A stretch of DNA of 32,000 nucleotides from Candidatus Hermodarchaeota archaeon (GTDB taxonomy: Archaea; Asgardarchaeota; Heimdallarchaeia; Hodarchaeales; Hodarchaeaceae): assembly GCA_048886185.1 (NCBI GenBank), contig JBHLKY010000010.1:138526-170525 (forward strand), in the 5' to 3' direction. Every line of letters starts with the position of its first letter. Position 1 is the stretch's first letter. Below the pieces are notes generated by a model. It ran no database searches and was not told the origin of the DNA. It worked only from the letters and a program-made list of their open reading frames with translations. The translations under genes were made by a program, and so were the position numbers. Of the stretch, positions 18,525-27,748 are shown one piece after another.

Positions 18525-18626
18525 TTAATAGTGTTTAGCTATTGGAACAGTATCTTTGTTTTCTTCGGCATCTTCTGTCGCTTTTTCTTTAGATTCAGTG
18601 TCAACTCTCTTAACTGGCCTTGGCAT
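18525..18626 (-). CDS. 33-aa peptide MPRPVKRVDTESKEKATEDAEENKDTVPIAKHY, first gene of the JAB-E1-E2-E2 operon (not in the ORF track)
   Basis: Hand translation, ATG 18626 to TAA 18525. AGGAG lies 11 nt upstream and the stop is 34 nt from the JAB start on the same strand. Confidence 0.7.
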   Translation of the reverse strand: MPRPVKRVDTESKEKATEDAEENKDTVPIAKHY

Positions 18627-18795
18627 TTTAATTTAAACTCCTAAAAACTACAATTGAAGGGAAAAGACAACCATTTATTAATCTTTAGTTATGAGAACAA
18701 GGAATTTAGATATTAAAAGATAACTGAATCAAAAGTTAGAAATGTATTATAAAATTAATAGAAATCAGGAGACTAATAACAAATCGTAATATAGA

Positions 18796-18951
18796 TTATT
18801 TTTTCCGTCGAAACGTATATCTTAACTCTTTCTTAAGCTCATTTTGTCTTCTTAATAGCTTGTGACGGGCTTTAATCCCTGTTACAGTCTGTAATTGCCT
18901 ATCAATTTTTATTAGTTCTTTCTGATAGAATTTATGTTTATCATTTGTCAT
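18796..18951 (-). CDS. 51-aa basic helical protein MTNDKHKFYQKELIKIDRQLQTVTGIKARHKLLRRQNELKKELRYTFRRKK (not in the ORF track)
   Basis: Hand translation; AGGA upstream of the ATG; helix-turn-helix hairpin-like composition. Confidence 0.55.
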   Translation of the reverse strand: MTNDKHKFYQKELIKIDRQLQTVTGIKARHKLLRRQNELKKELRYTFRRKK

Positions 18952-19621
18952 TTTCTTATTCCTAGTGAGTTTAAAAGCTATTAAGAATCAATTAGCTTTA
19001 CAAATTAGTATTAATATTCCACTATATCAACTCTTCTAAAAGTTAAAGTCCCATAAAAGAAACTAAGGATATAGAAACTAATCGTATGGATTCTATATTA
19101 AAGAATTAAGGCTTATAAAAGCTAGTATCTCTGTAATTCAGGTAATTCATGTAACAGAGAATGAGATCTATTATATTAATTGATATTGTCTTAAAAATTT
19201 GTCATAAGAAATGTCGCTAATAAAATAAGCTTTCAGAATAATATTGAATAATAGAACCATTCAGGTTTGAGCTATTCTTAGGGGGATAAATTTATTATTC
19301 TTTCTTACAAGAAAAAAGGTTATAAAACGAGAGTAATATATTAGAAAGTACTTCTTGAAAGGAATGGATTTTATTCAATTATTCTCTCATTAAATTTTGA
19401 CCAATTAAGGCACTAAAGTAAGACTTAAGCTCAAACTTTAATTAAATGAAATTAAGTAAGCTTTATAAATAATGAAGGCCCATCCGTTTGCGAAGAATCT
19501 ATTGATGGATTAACAGATATGTAAAATAAAGAAAAGTTGGTTAGTTAAAGTAAATAAAGGATAAGTATTTGTGAATTTCAACAAACTACAAAATAATTGA
19601 AGGATGAACGGTGATTAAGTA

Positions 19622-19690
19622 ATGCCAAAAAAGAAAGCAACTAAGAAAAAAGAAACTGCCAAGAAAAAAACTACTACTAAGAAGAAATAA
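19622..19690 (+). CDS. 22-aa lysine-rich peptide MPKKKATKKKETAKKKTTTKKK (not in the ORF track)
   Basis: GGTGA RBS with a 7-nt spacer, the same geometry as genes starting at 12371 and 31285; four KKK blocks. Confidence 0.6.
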   Translation: MPKKKATKKKETAKKKTTTKKK

Positions 19691-20005
19691 ACTGATTCCG
19701 CAAGAAGGGAATTATGACTGCCTTACATATTCAAGAAAAGTCATTTGTAATATACTCAAAAGAGTTTCCACAAAAATGTTTTTGAAATCCACATAGATGA
19801 AAATGATGGATCCTCAAGATAATAAAAGGAGAAAAAAAGAAGAATAAAATGCTTAGAAACAAGATTGGGAAAACCAAGATCAATGGGATGATGAGGACAA
19901 TAGGGAACATCATGAAAAGTGGGAGGAAGTTGATTAAATCCTTGTTTACCCTCTATTTTCAATCACTTCTTTTTTTATTTACCAGCCAGCTAAGCGTTGA
20001 TTTTA

Positions 20006-20368
20006 ATGTTGGTGAAAAATTTGGTTAGTTTTTGTGAGATATGTGGATCAATATTAATTCCAAAACCAAAAAAGAAAGATATGAAAAAAGAAATTGTCTC
20101 TCTATTTTGCAATTCTTGTAAAAAAGGGATTCAAAGAGGTTCCAATGAAATCTCATATCTAGTAAAAACTAAGATTCCCCATAGAGCAAGTGAACGATTA
20201 ACTGTTATTGAATCAACATTCGATGTTCTTCCTACCATTCGGAATCCATGTCCCCGATGTGATAATCATGAAGCTTACTATTGGGAAGGTGGAGATCGTC
20301 GAAAGCCAGAATGGGAGTCGATGACTTATTACAAGTGTAAGAAGTGTTCATGGATTTGGTTTGAATAG
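20006..20368 (+). CDS. TFS/RpoM (RPB9-like) double zinc-ribbon paralogue lacking the acidic cleavage hairpin
   Basis: FCEICGSIL...CNSC and CPRCDNHEAYYW...TYYKCKKCSWIW. The hairpin reads EGGDRRKPEWES instead of the canonical QTRSADEP. Confidence 0.85.
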   Translation: MLVKNLVSFCEICGSILIPKPKKKDMKKEIVSLFCNSCKKGIQRGSNEISYLVKTKIPHRASERLTVIESTFDVLPTIRNPCPRCDNHEAYYWEGGDRRKPEWESMTYYKCKKCSWIWFE

Positions 20369-20440
20369 GAACTACTTAATAACATACAAATTCCTCCCTC
20401 AATAATGACTTCTAAAAGATTTTCTCATATAAGTTGAATA

Positions 20441-21193
20441 TTATAAGATTTCTAAAATTTTTGTTATTTCATTAAGTTGAGTTATGTGGAACTGACATGG
20501 AGTACTTTGGCATTCTTGGTAGTTCGTTACATGAACAATCGTTGCTCCTGCTTCTGCTGCCCATGATAACTTTTTAGGGGAGTCGTCTATAACCATTACT
20601 CCCTCATCTGGATTGACTTCACTATCATTAAAGACCTGATTATAAAACTCAACGCTCTGTTTTGCTATATTGATTAAATCAGGACCATATAGGTTAGTAA
20701 AACATTTTTCAATACCCATTCCAGTTAAGTATCCCTTCAATTCCCAAGAAACTTCACCTGATGCGGTGTGAAGAGTATATCCTTCAGTTTTGAGAAATTG
20801 CACTGTTTCAATAACTCCTGGATATGCTGCTTGCACACGGTGGGTGATCCATTCAGCAGCTTTCCTAGCGATTTTATTTCTCTGTTCATACGGAGGTGGG
20901 TCTATATTAACTATTTTGAACATATCTGTTAACCAGAAAATTAGTTCTTCATCCCAATAGGTTCTATAATCTACATATGGATTTTTTTTCATTTTATTTT
21001 CGTAACGATGCAAAAGTTGAGTTAACGCGTACTCGTTTGCAGCTTTCCATCCTTGGATTGATCCCCCGTATTGTGGGGAAAAAAATTTTCCTACAAGGTC
21101 TTTCCACTGAGAAGCACGAAGATTATTATCACTCATTACTCCCCCATCATCAATAAAAATTGTTCTAATAGGAATTGAATGCTTCATTCTCAT
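20441..21193 (-). CDS. HAD-superfamily hydrolase
   Basis: Motif I FIDDGGV, motif II TAS, motif IV VIDDSP. Confidence 0.85.
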   Translation of the reverse strand: MRMKHSIPIRTIFIDDGGVMSDNNLRASQWKDLVGKFFSPQYGGSIQGWKAANEYALTQLLHRYENKMKKNPYVDYRTYWDEELIFWLTDMFKIVNIDPPPYEQRNKIARKAAEWITHRVQAAYPGVIETVQFLKTEGYTLHTASGEVSWELKGYLTGMGIEKCFTNLYGPDLINIAKQSVEFYNQVFNDSEVNPDEGVMVIDDSPKKLSWAAEAGATIVHVTNYQECQSTPCQFHITQLNEITKILEIL

Positions 21194-21630
21194 GAAAGCG
21201 GTGATAATGTTAATTTCTTAAGAATTAGCTTGAATCAAGCTATCAGTATTTTATGATCAAAAGGATTAAGGTATGCGTTATTCCAAATCTTCATTATATC
21301 TTATTCAAAATGCTGGGTACTTTTAAGTCTCTTTTTTTTGCTAGAAACAAGTGAATTTGAATTTTTAGATCAAGTTAGTGATTCTATAGGCTTTAATTAT
21401 AGAACCATTACATTATTTCATCCTATTAAACTAACTTCACAGATTACAACAAGACAGGATATAAGCTGAACCTTGAGTGACTTTTTTTATAATATTGATG
21501 GTGAATCCACCAATTAAAAGAAGAAAAAACTGGAATTTCTATTTAGGGCTTTTATTAGGGGGAGAAATGCCAATAACGTAAACTATTTATATATAATCTA
21601 TATGAAGTACATACAAAGAATATATTTGAG

Positions 21631-22113
21631 ATGGTTGTTATGAATACTGAAAATTCTAGGAAACGTTTCCAAGGAGCTCCTCTGGAAAAGATTTCATTAA
21701 ATTTACCTGTAAGTGAACTAGGACGAATAGACGCACTTATTGAAGCTGGAATTACAACCAATCGTACAGAATTCATTAGAAATGCAGTCCGTAAGGAATT
21801 AGGAAATTATGAGGAAGAAATTGAGGCAATAGCTCCCCGTAGAATTTTTGCAATGGGAATTATTCATCTATCAAAGAAAGATGTAGAATTAGCTATTAAG
21901 AAACAAGAAAAGCTGAAGATACGGGTGATAGGATATTTAAAAGTTGCAAAAGAAATCACTCCTGATGATTTATACGAAGCAGTTCATTCTTGTCGAGTTT
22001 ATGGTACAATATCAGCCCCAAAACTTCTGAAACAAATTCTTGTAAAGAAAAAACCTCGGTACTCATTACTAGGGAGAGAGTACCAAAATAATTTATTAGA
22101 GGAAGAAGAATAA
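21631..22113 (+). CDS. CopG/ribbon-helix-helix regulator with a C-terminal extra domain
   Basis: KISLNLPVSELGRIDALIEAGITTNRTEFIRNAVRKEL. Confidence 0.82.
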   Translation: MVVMNTENSRKRFQGAPLEKISLNLPVSELGRIDALIEAGITTNRTEFIRNAVRKELGNYEEEIEAIAPRRIFAMGIIHLSKKDVELAIKKQEKLKIRVIGYLKVAKEITPDDLYEAVHSCRVYGTISAPKLLKQILVKKKPRYSLLGREYQNNLLEEEE

Positions 22114-22133
22114 AATATCAAGAATGAAGAAAA

Positions 22134-22171
22134 GAGAAAATAAAGAGAAACTCCCTATTTTCTCCTTTTTT
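22134..22171 (+). terminator. Possible terminator hairpin followed by a T tract
   Basis: GAGAAAATA (22134-22142) and TATTTTCTC (22156-22164), then a T run, 20 nt after the RHH gene stop in a convergent gap. Confidence 0.4.
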
Positions 22172-22491
22172 GATAAGTAAGTCCTACAGCGATTAGACAT
22201 AATGTTATAAGCGTTGTTAATGCTACAGAGTAATATAGAAATTTGTATGTTCTTTTCATTTTCATTGCATTTCACCAGAAATAATTATTTATTATGTTAA
22301 ACTAATTCAGAAAAAAGTGAACTTATTGGATATTTTGACCATCATTTTTAATTGTTATACATTGTTCACAGATTGTTCAAATCCTTTATAAAATCCTAAA
22401 ATGGGCTTTCTTGTGCAATTAATATGTATAATTTTTTCTCACATTCTGAATGCTATGTCGAGGTCAGGAAAAATAACAGTTTCATAGATTT

Positions 22492-23328
22492 TCAAATCAT
22501 ATCAAATTTTATGGCATTATGGGGACATATTTCTATACATCGATTACAGTAATAGCATTCCCCCTTTTGACTATCAGCAGCAGCTTCTTGAGTAGGACAA
22601 ATCCTCACACATAGTCCACAATCGGTGCAGTTCTCTGTACGTTGATACTTAATTCCTGCAAATCGGCTAAAGAAAGCTGATCCTATCCCAAATGGACACA
22701 AAAATCTACACCAAGGACGATAAAAGAAAATACTAACAATACATACTATGCCCATACCTAGAAAAGGGACAATAAGGGAGTATGTAAACCCCTTCAAAAA
22801 AGCAAACCCTGAGAGAGGATTAAAAGCTGGTAGAATTGCTGTACTCCATAAAAATGCCAAGAGAAATAAAAAACCAAAGAAAATCCATCGAATTTTACTT
22901 GAAAATTGTGAGGAGATTTCAATGCAATATTTTGCTTTCAGCTGTTCTCTTAAGTCTGATTTAAAATTAATGTACGAAATTAATTCTTGTAGGGTACCTA
23001 ATGGACAGATGAATCCACAGAAAATCCTACCGGCAATCAGTGACGAAAAAAAGAGGAGACACAAAACCAAGCTTACAAGAAAAAGATAGCTCCCATCAAT
23101 TCTTAGACTTATAGCAATGAGAATATATTGGATGGGCATTACTGCATTTGGAATTCCTCCCAATAAAATACCTCCTAAGAGGATGGTAATGAAATAAACC
23201 ACAGTTCTTACTTTGTGGCTCATCAGTTTTGGGCTAATAACAATTGTACAAAACAAGAATGTTATTATCCAAGAGAGAATCATTGGTGCTGGAGAATCAG
23301 TAGGAAGGAGTTCATTAGGGCTAGACAT
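22492..23328 (-). CDS. 4Fe-4S-binding membrane protein (NapH/MauN/YccM-like)
   Basis: GRIFCGFICPLG, RPWCRFLCPFG, CTDCGLCVRICP and CYYCNRCIEICP; TM helices. Confidence 0.9.
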   Translation of the reverse strand: MSSPNELLPTDSPAPMILSWIITFLFCTIVISPKLMSHKVRTVVYFITILLGGILLGGIPNAVMPIQYILIAISLRIDGSYLFLVSLVLCLLFFSSLIAGRIFCGFICPLGTLQELISYINFKSDLREQLKAKYCIEISSQFSSKIRWIFFGFLFLLAFLWSTAILPAFNPLSGFAFLKGFTYSLIVPFLGMGIVCIVSIFFYRPWCRFLCPFGIGSAFFSRFAGIKYQRTENCTDCGLCVRICPTQEAAADSQKGECYYCNRCIEICPHNAIKFDMI

Positions 23329-23425
23329 TGGATTTTTTATCCTTAATTGTAAAAATAATTTAAATTAGATTGTGTTAACAAACAAAGGTTGATTAATTTC
23401 ATCTGCTTAATAAAATTAGTTTATT

Positions 23426-24406
23426 TCATGACAGGATTGATCCTAGGAGAGTTGTATCAATATTTCCTCCACTTAGAACGCAAATGACTTGTGTACCCTG
23501 TTGTAATTGTATTTTTTTCGTAAGAAGGGCAGCGAAACCAGCAGCTCCTGCTGGTTCTGTTAGAATTTTACATTGAATAAGAAGAAGACGTAGGGCTTGA
23601 AGAATTTCCTCATCAGATACTAGGACAATGTCGTCTACATATTTCTTAACATGAGCTAAAGTATATACACCTGCAAAAGGAGCAGCTAATCCATCTGCAA
23701 TAGTCTCAATTTTTTCTAAAGACACCACTGTATCCTTTCGAAGACTCTGATACATCACATTCGCGCCCTCTGGCTCAACACCAATTATTTTGATCCCAGA
23801 ATTCTTTAATTTCATTGCAGAAGCGATTCCTGAAATTAATCCACCTCCTCCAACAGGTACTATCACAACCTCTGGATCTCCATCAAAGTCTTCAAATATT
23901 TCTAATCCAATAGTTCCTTGGCCTGCAATGATAAAGGGATCATCAAAAGGGTGAACTAATGTCAATCCTCTTTCTTCCATAACTTCCTGACATTGATCCA
24001 TTAAACCTTTACTGTCTTCCTGTAATATAACCTCTGCGCCATAACTTTTAGTTGCTTTAATCTTATTTTTAGCTGCATAATATGGCATGATCACCACAGC
24101 TTGAATTCCTAGCTGAGAAGCAGCATATGCAAGGCTTTGTGCATGATTTCCCGCAGAAATGGTAATTACTCCTCGATTTTTTTCTTCCTCAGTTAGATTA
24201 TTGAATTTATTAAGAACACCCCTTAGCTTAAATGAGCCAATCTTCTGAAATACTTCCGCCTTGAAATATATATTCATATCTGTAAGTTGATTTAAATTTA
24301 TACAGGAAATCAAGGGAGTATGAAAGACATGATTCCTAATGATTTTTCTAGCGTTTATAATATCTTCTAAACTGACTAATAAATCCCCAGATGGCATTCT
24401 TTTCAC
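23426..24406 (-). CDS. PLP-dependent threonine/serine dehydratase (no ACT domain)
   Basis: GSFKLRG (PLP Lys), SAGNHA, PVGGGGL, TEPAGA and SGGN. Confidence 0.92.
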   Translation of the reverse strand: MKRMPSGDLLVSLEDIINARKIIRNHVFHTPLISCINLNQLTDMNIYFKAEVFQKIGSFKLRGVLNKFNNLTEEEKNRGVITISAGNHAQSLAYAASQLGIQAVVIMPYYAAKNKIKATKSYGAEVILQEDSKGLMDQCQEVMEERGLTLVHPFDDPFIIAGQGTIGLEIFEDFDGDPEVVIVPVGGGGLISGIASAMKLKNSGIKIIGVEPEGANVMYQSLRKDTVVSLEKIETIADGLAAPFAGVYTLAHVKKYVDDIVLVSDEEILQALRLLLIQCKILTEPAGAAGFAALLTKKIQLQQGTQVICVLSGGNIDTTLLGSILS

Positions 24407-24477
24407 ACAAAGCTAGTTATTCTTTAATAATCTTTAAAATCTTTAGATTTCTGTTTTGTTACTTTTTATATCAGAAG

Positions 24478-25512
24478 TCAGTCAATATTTATAGTTGTGA
24501 AATCGGTTGTTAGAGGACTACCACGGGTAATGTGCATTTTTAAATTTATTAAATTCATTATGATGCTACATACTGTGCCTACGTTGCCTAAATCAAGATC
24601 AGGAACGTAAGGACGACAGATAGGTAGTTCATTCGTTGTTTGGTCTAATAGGATTTCCTGCATTTCACTAAGACTGCTTTTCTTGATGATAGAAGCCATT
24701 TGAATTGCGCGCTCATATCTTGTAAAGGAACTAGCCAAATCTGTGCCTCGATTTAATTCTTCATTTTCTAAATAATGATTAGTATGAATGAATACGTTAC
24801 CACCATCTTTGGGTTGAAAAACATGTTTATTGGCAAATTCAAAGTCAATGTAATCTCCATGACCATCAGCTATTAAAATATTTGCTGATTTTCCTTCTTT
24901 GAATGGTAGTATTAATTCAGCAGCTTTATTGATGGTTGGAGATTCTAGAATTCCTCTTAAGATAATGTGAATCGGCACTCCTTTACAAATTTTTCCCGAA
25001 TCTAAGAAGTTAAGACAAACACCTAATCCTTTCGAATTAAATCCAATTTTTCCGATGATTCCAGGTTCACTCATCATGAGAATCTGTGGTTTATTTTCTG
25101 GTTTAATCTTGAAAATAATAGCCAATTTCTCTAGTTCTTGAGCCCAATCCCAGTTTTGTCCCAATAAAGCCGAGTTTCGAAAAAAAACCGTTGTACATTC
25201 ATTTTTAAATGTACTCATTATTTCAGATCGAGAGTTTAATGCATAAATCCACAATGGATCAACTTCGGCTCCAGCAGCTAATGCTTCAATTTCATCACAG
25301 TAATTTGGATTAAATTCTAAAATCTCGGACCTGAAGTGGGTTGCTAGGGAAAAGATTTCAGGATCCTTTTTATGTAAAATATTCTTGTACCAATTTATTG
25401 TACTCTTAATTCGTTTTTTTAAGATTCTACCGTGTTGGAACCCAATATCAGTTGGTTTTCCTTCGAGAACGATTAAGGGAAATTTTTTCTGTTTTTTCAA
25501 AATTTCAGTCAT
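24478..25512 (-). CDS. C45 family Ntn-hydrolase (acyl-CoA:6-APA acyltransferase-like)
   Basis: LNSRSEI...ECTT (autoproteolytic Cys), GQNWDW, GFNSKGLGV and HTNHY. Confidence 0.88.
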   Translation of the reverse strand: MTEILKKQKKFPLIVLEGKPTDIGFQHGRILKKRIKSTINWYKNILHKKDPEIFSLATHFRSEILEFNPNYCDEIEALAAGAEVDPLWIYALNSRSEIMSTFKNECTTVFFRNSALLGQNWDWAQELEKLAIIFKIKPENKPQILMMSEPGIIGKIGFNSKGLGVCLNFLDSGKICKGVPIHIILRGILESPTINKAAELILPFKEGKSANILIADGHGDYIDFEFANKHVFQPKDGGNVFIHTNHYLENEELNRGTDLASSFTRYERAIQMASIIKKSSLSEMQEILLDQTTNELPICRPYVPDLDLGNVGTVCSIIMNLINLKMHITRGSPLTTDFTTINID

Positions 25513-25651
25513 GCCAATTCCTATGAATTTTTTTTCATAAAAATGATTCTGATTATATCGGCACTTTTTTCAATGTTAATGTAAGTTAACAAAGTCTATT
25601 TTTTCCTTCTCCGATCAAGAAGCTTTCAATGTTGGTTTATCTTGATGAGAA

Positions 25652-27523
25652 TCAGCTACTCGGTATTGTTATTAGAATTTCAGTTCCACGTCCATATGTA
25701 CTGCTAATCTTAATTTTTCCTTTGTGTTTCTCAATTATACCCCGACAAATGGATAATCCCAAGCCTGCGCCCTTTCCTATCGGTTTGGTTGAAAAGAAGG
25801 GTTCAAAAATTCTAGTTAAATTTGCTTTTTTAATTCCAATCCCATTATCTGCGACTTTAATTTCAATAGAATTTCCTTTTTTGGCAGCTATGATATCGAT
25901 TTGAGGTTTGGCCTTGATGTTCTCCATAGCATCTATCGAATTATTAATTACATTTTGAAATACTTGAGATAGTAATGTTTTATCGCCCTCTGCGAGAAGA
26001 TCTTCGTTGATTTGTATATCAACACTTATTTTCCTTTCAATTAACCTAGAGTTTATGGATGGGGAATTAAGAAGCTCTAATATTAAAGATTTAACGTTAA
26101 ACTTACTTGGAGTTAGATGTATTTTCCTTGAAAATTGAAGAAGTTCCATTACAATATTAGAGCAAATACTAACTTCTTTTTTAATACTCAAGAGTTCTTT
26201 TTCTAATAAGCTCTTATCTAGAGTAGGAACATCTTGATCGATAATATTCAATAAAAATTCAGCCTTAAGACTAATATTTGCCAAAGGTGAATTTATTTCA
26301 TGAGCAACTCCAGCTGCCAGCTGTCCTACTGCAGCAAGCTTGTTTTTTTCAACCAATTCCTCTTGAAGTTCTGTAATGTCTCTACCACTGAGTTGAACTT
26401 CAATTACATTCCTCGACTCATCAATAATTGGAGAGGCGTTCCAGTTAATTGCCCTTATCCCTTTTGGTACTATAAAGTTAATTGTTGTTTCTTCAATATA
26501 GTCTATATCTTTAGTTACTCGTTTTAAAAATGAATCCATTTTTTTAAGATCATTTACATGCACAAAATTTAAAATGTTTTCATTTAACATCTCGCTCTTT
26601 GGTTTTCCAAAGAACTCCATTCCTGATCGATTGATGTAGGTACATTTACCATCAGGTTTAATCCTCATTATAATTTCATGTGCTAATTCTGTGATACTTT
26701 TGAATTTCTTCTCTGACTGTTTCAATGCTTTTTCCATTCTTACACGATCAGTAACCTCTTGTAGAGTCAAAACTAATCCCACAACCGCATTATCAAAATT
26801 AAAAATTGGGATCAAACTCCAATCCCAATAAGATACTCCTCGTTCAGGGTGTTCTGCATAGCTGAAAGCTTTTGCACGTGCAAAATATGGCTTTTTTGAC
26901 TTTACTACTCGATTGAAGATATCTTCATTTTCCTTATTAGGGTACAATTCGAAGTGGTTCTGACCAGGAAAAACCTCTGGTTCTTTCTCATCAGCTCGAG
27001 CATATGCACGATTTACTTTAATGAAGTTAAACTGTGGATCCATAACGGCGATTAATATATCTGTCGTGTTTAAAATCTGCTCAAGCAGCTGACTGGTTTG
27101 ATTCAAACTCTCTTTTGATTTCTGTAGTGAATCCTCAACGTTTTTTCGTTCAGTAATTTCCCATGTGTATTCAATTACTTGTTTAACTCTTGCATTATCA
27201 TCAAATATGGGATGACAATGCAACTCATAAATTCTTAAATTTCCCTGTGTATCAAGGTGAGCATGTTCAGTAATAACTGGTTTTTTTTCTTTCTTCACCA
27301 TTTCAAGAGGACAGGGGTGTTCTTCGCCTGTACATGGTAAATTTCTCCCATGAGTGATAGAATAACATGTATCTGTAGGATCGAAATCTCCATAGATCGT
27401 AGTAACTGCTGAATTGCTTAATTTAATAGTGTAATCAGCGACATCAATGACATAAAAAGGATAATTAAGAGAATCTATCAATTTTATTTCTTGAAAATCC
27501 TTTATCAAGATCTCTGCCTCCAA
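25652..27523 (-). CDS. Cytoplasmic PAS-domain sensor histidine kinase
   Basis: Three PAS-like segments; H box VAHEINSPL; N box NVINNSIDA; DNGIGI, FEPFFSTK and GAGLGL. Confidence 0.95.
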   Translation of the reverse strand: MEAEILIKDFQEIKLIDSLNYPFYVIDVADYTIKLSNSAVTTIYGDFDPTDTCYSITHGRNLPCTGEEHPCPLEMVKKEKKPVITEHAHLDTQGNLRIYELHCHPIFDDNARVKQVIEYTWEITERKNVEDSLQKSKESLNQTSQLLEQILNTTDILIAVMDPQFNFIKVNRAYARADEKEPEVFPGQNHFELYPNKENEDIFNRVVKSKKPYFARAKAFSYAEHPERGVSYWDWSLIPIFNFDNAVVGLVLTLQEVTDRVRMEKALKQSEKKFKSITELAHEIIMRIKPDGKCTYINRSGMEFFGKPKSEMLNENILNFVHVNDLKKMDSFLKRVTKDIDYIEETTINFIVPKGIRAINWNASPIIDESRNVIEVQLSGRDITELQEELVEKNKLAAVGQLAAGVAHEINSPLANISLKAEFLLNIIDQDVPTLDKSLLEKELLSIKKEVSICSNIVMELLQFSRKIHLTPSKFNVKSLILELLNSPSINSRLIERKISVDIQINEDLLAEGDKTLLSQVFQNVINNSIDAMENIKAKPQIDIIAAKKGNSIEIKVADNGIGIKKANLTRIFEPFFSTKPIGKGAGLGLSICRGIIEKHKGKIKISSTYGRGTEILITIPSS

Positions 27524-27748
27524 TTATTATTAAAAACACTGTTGGAATAATCTAAATCCTCATTCTATTTATCATAATTTTATAAATCTGTCTGTAGAAG
27601 ATCTTGACATTAATATATATTTTGACTCACATCACATGTTAAGGGTTGGTTAAACATTCTACCAACCTAATATTGTGATTTTGATTAAAAAAAGATGAAT
27701 TTTACTAAAGAAAAAGTTTCTGAATTTAGTCTATGACCCTTTGAGGGA

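Noticed and set aside
18960-19600. Long AT-rich gap searched for a hidden ubiquitin-like gene, CRISPR repeats or ncRNA
   Set aside because: I found no beta-grasp-sized ORF, no GG-ending ORF and no regularly spaced repeats by eye; only a short TCTCTGT/ACAGAGA hairpin.
19713-19990. ORFs 19731..19913 and 19756..19962, and an acidic Trp-rich plus-strand stretch (QDWENQDQWDDEDNREHHEKWEEVD)
   Set aside because: No consistent start or RBS; the acidic stretch is closed off by upstream stops. It may be a decayed gene but cannot be supported.
20441-21193. HAD motif I reads DDGG rather than DxD
   Set aside because: DxGGV variants are common in known HAD subfamilies.
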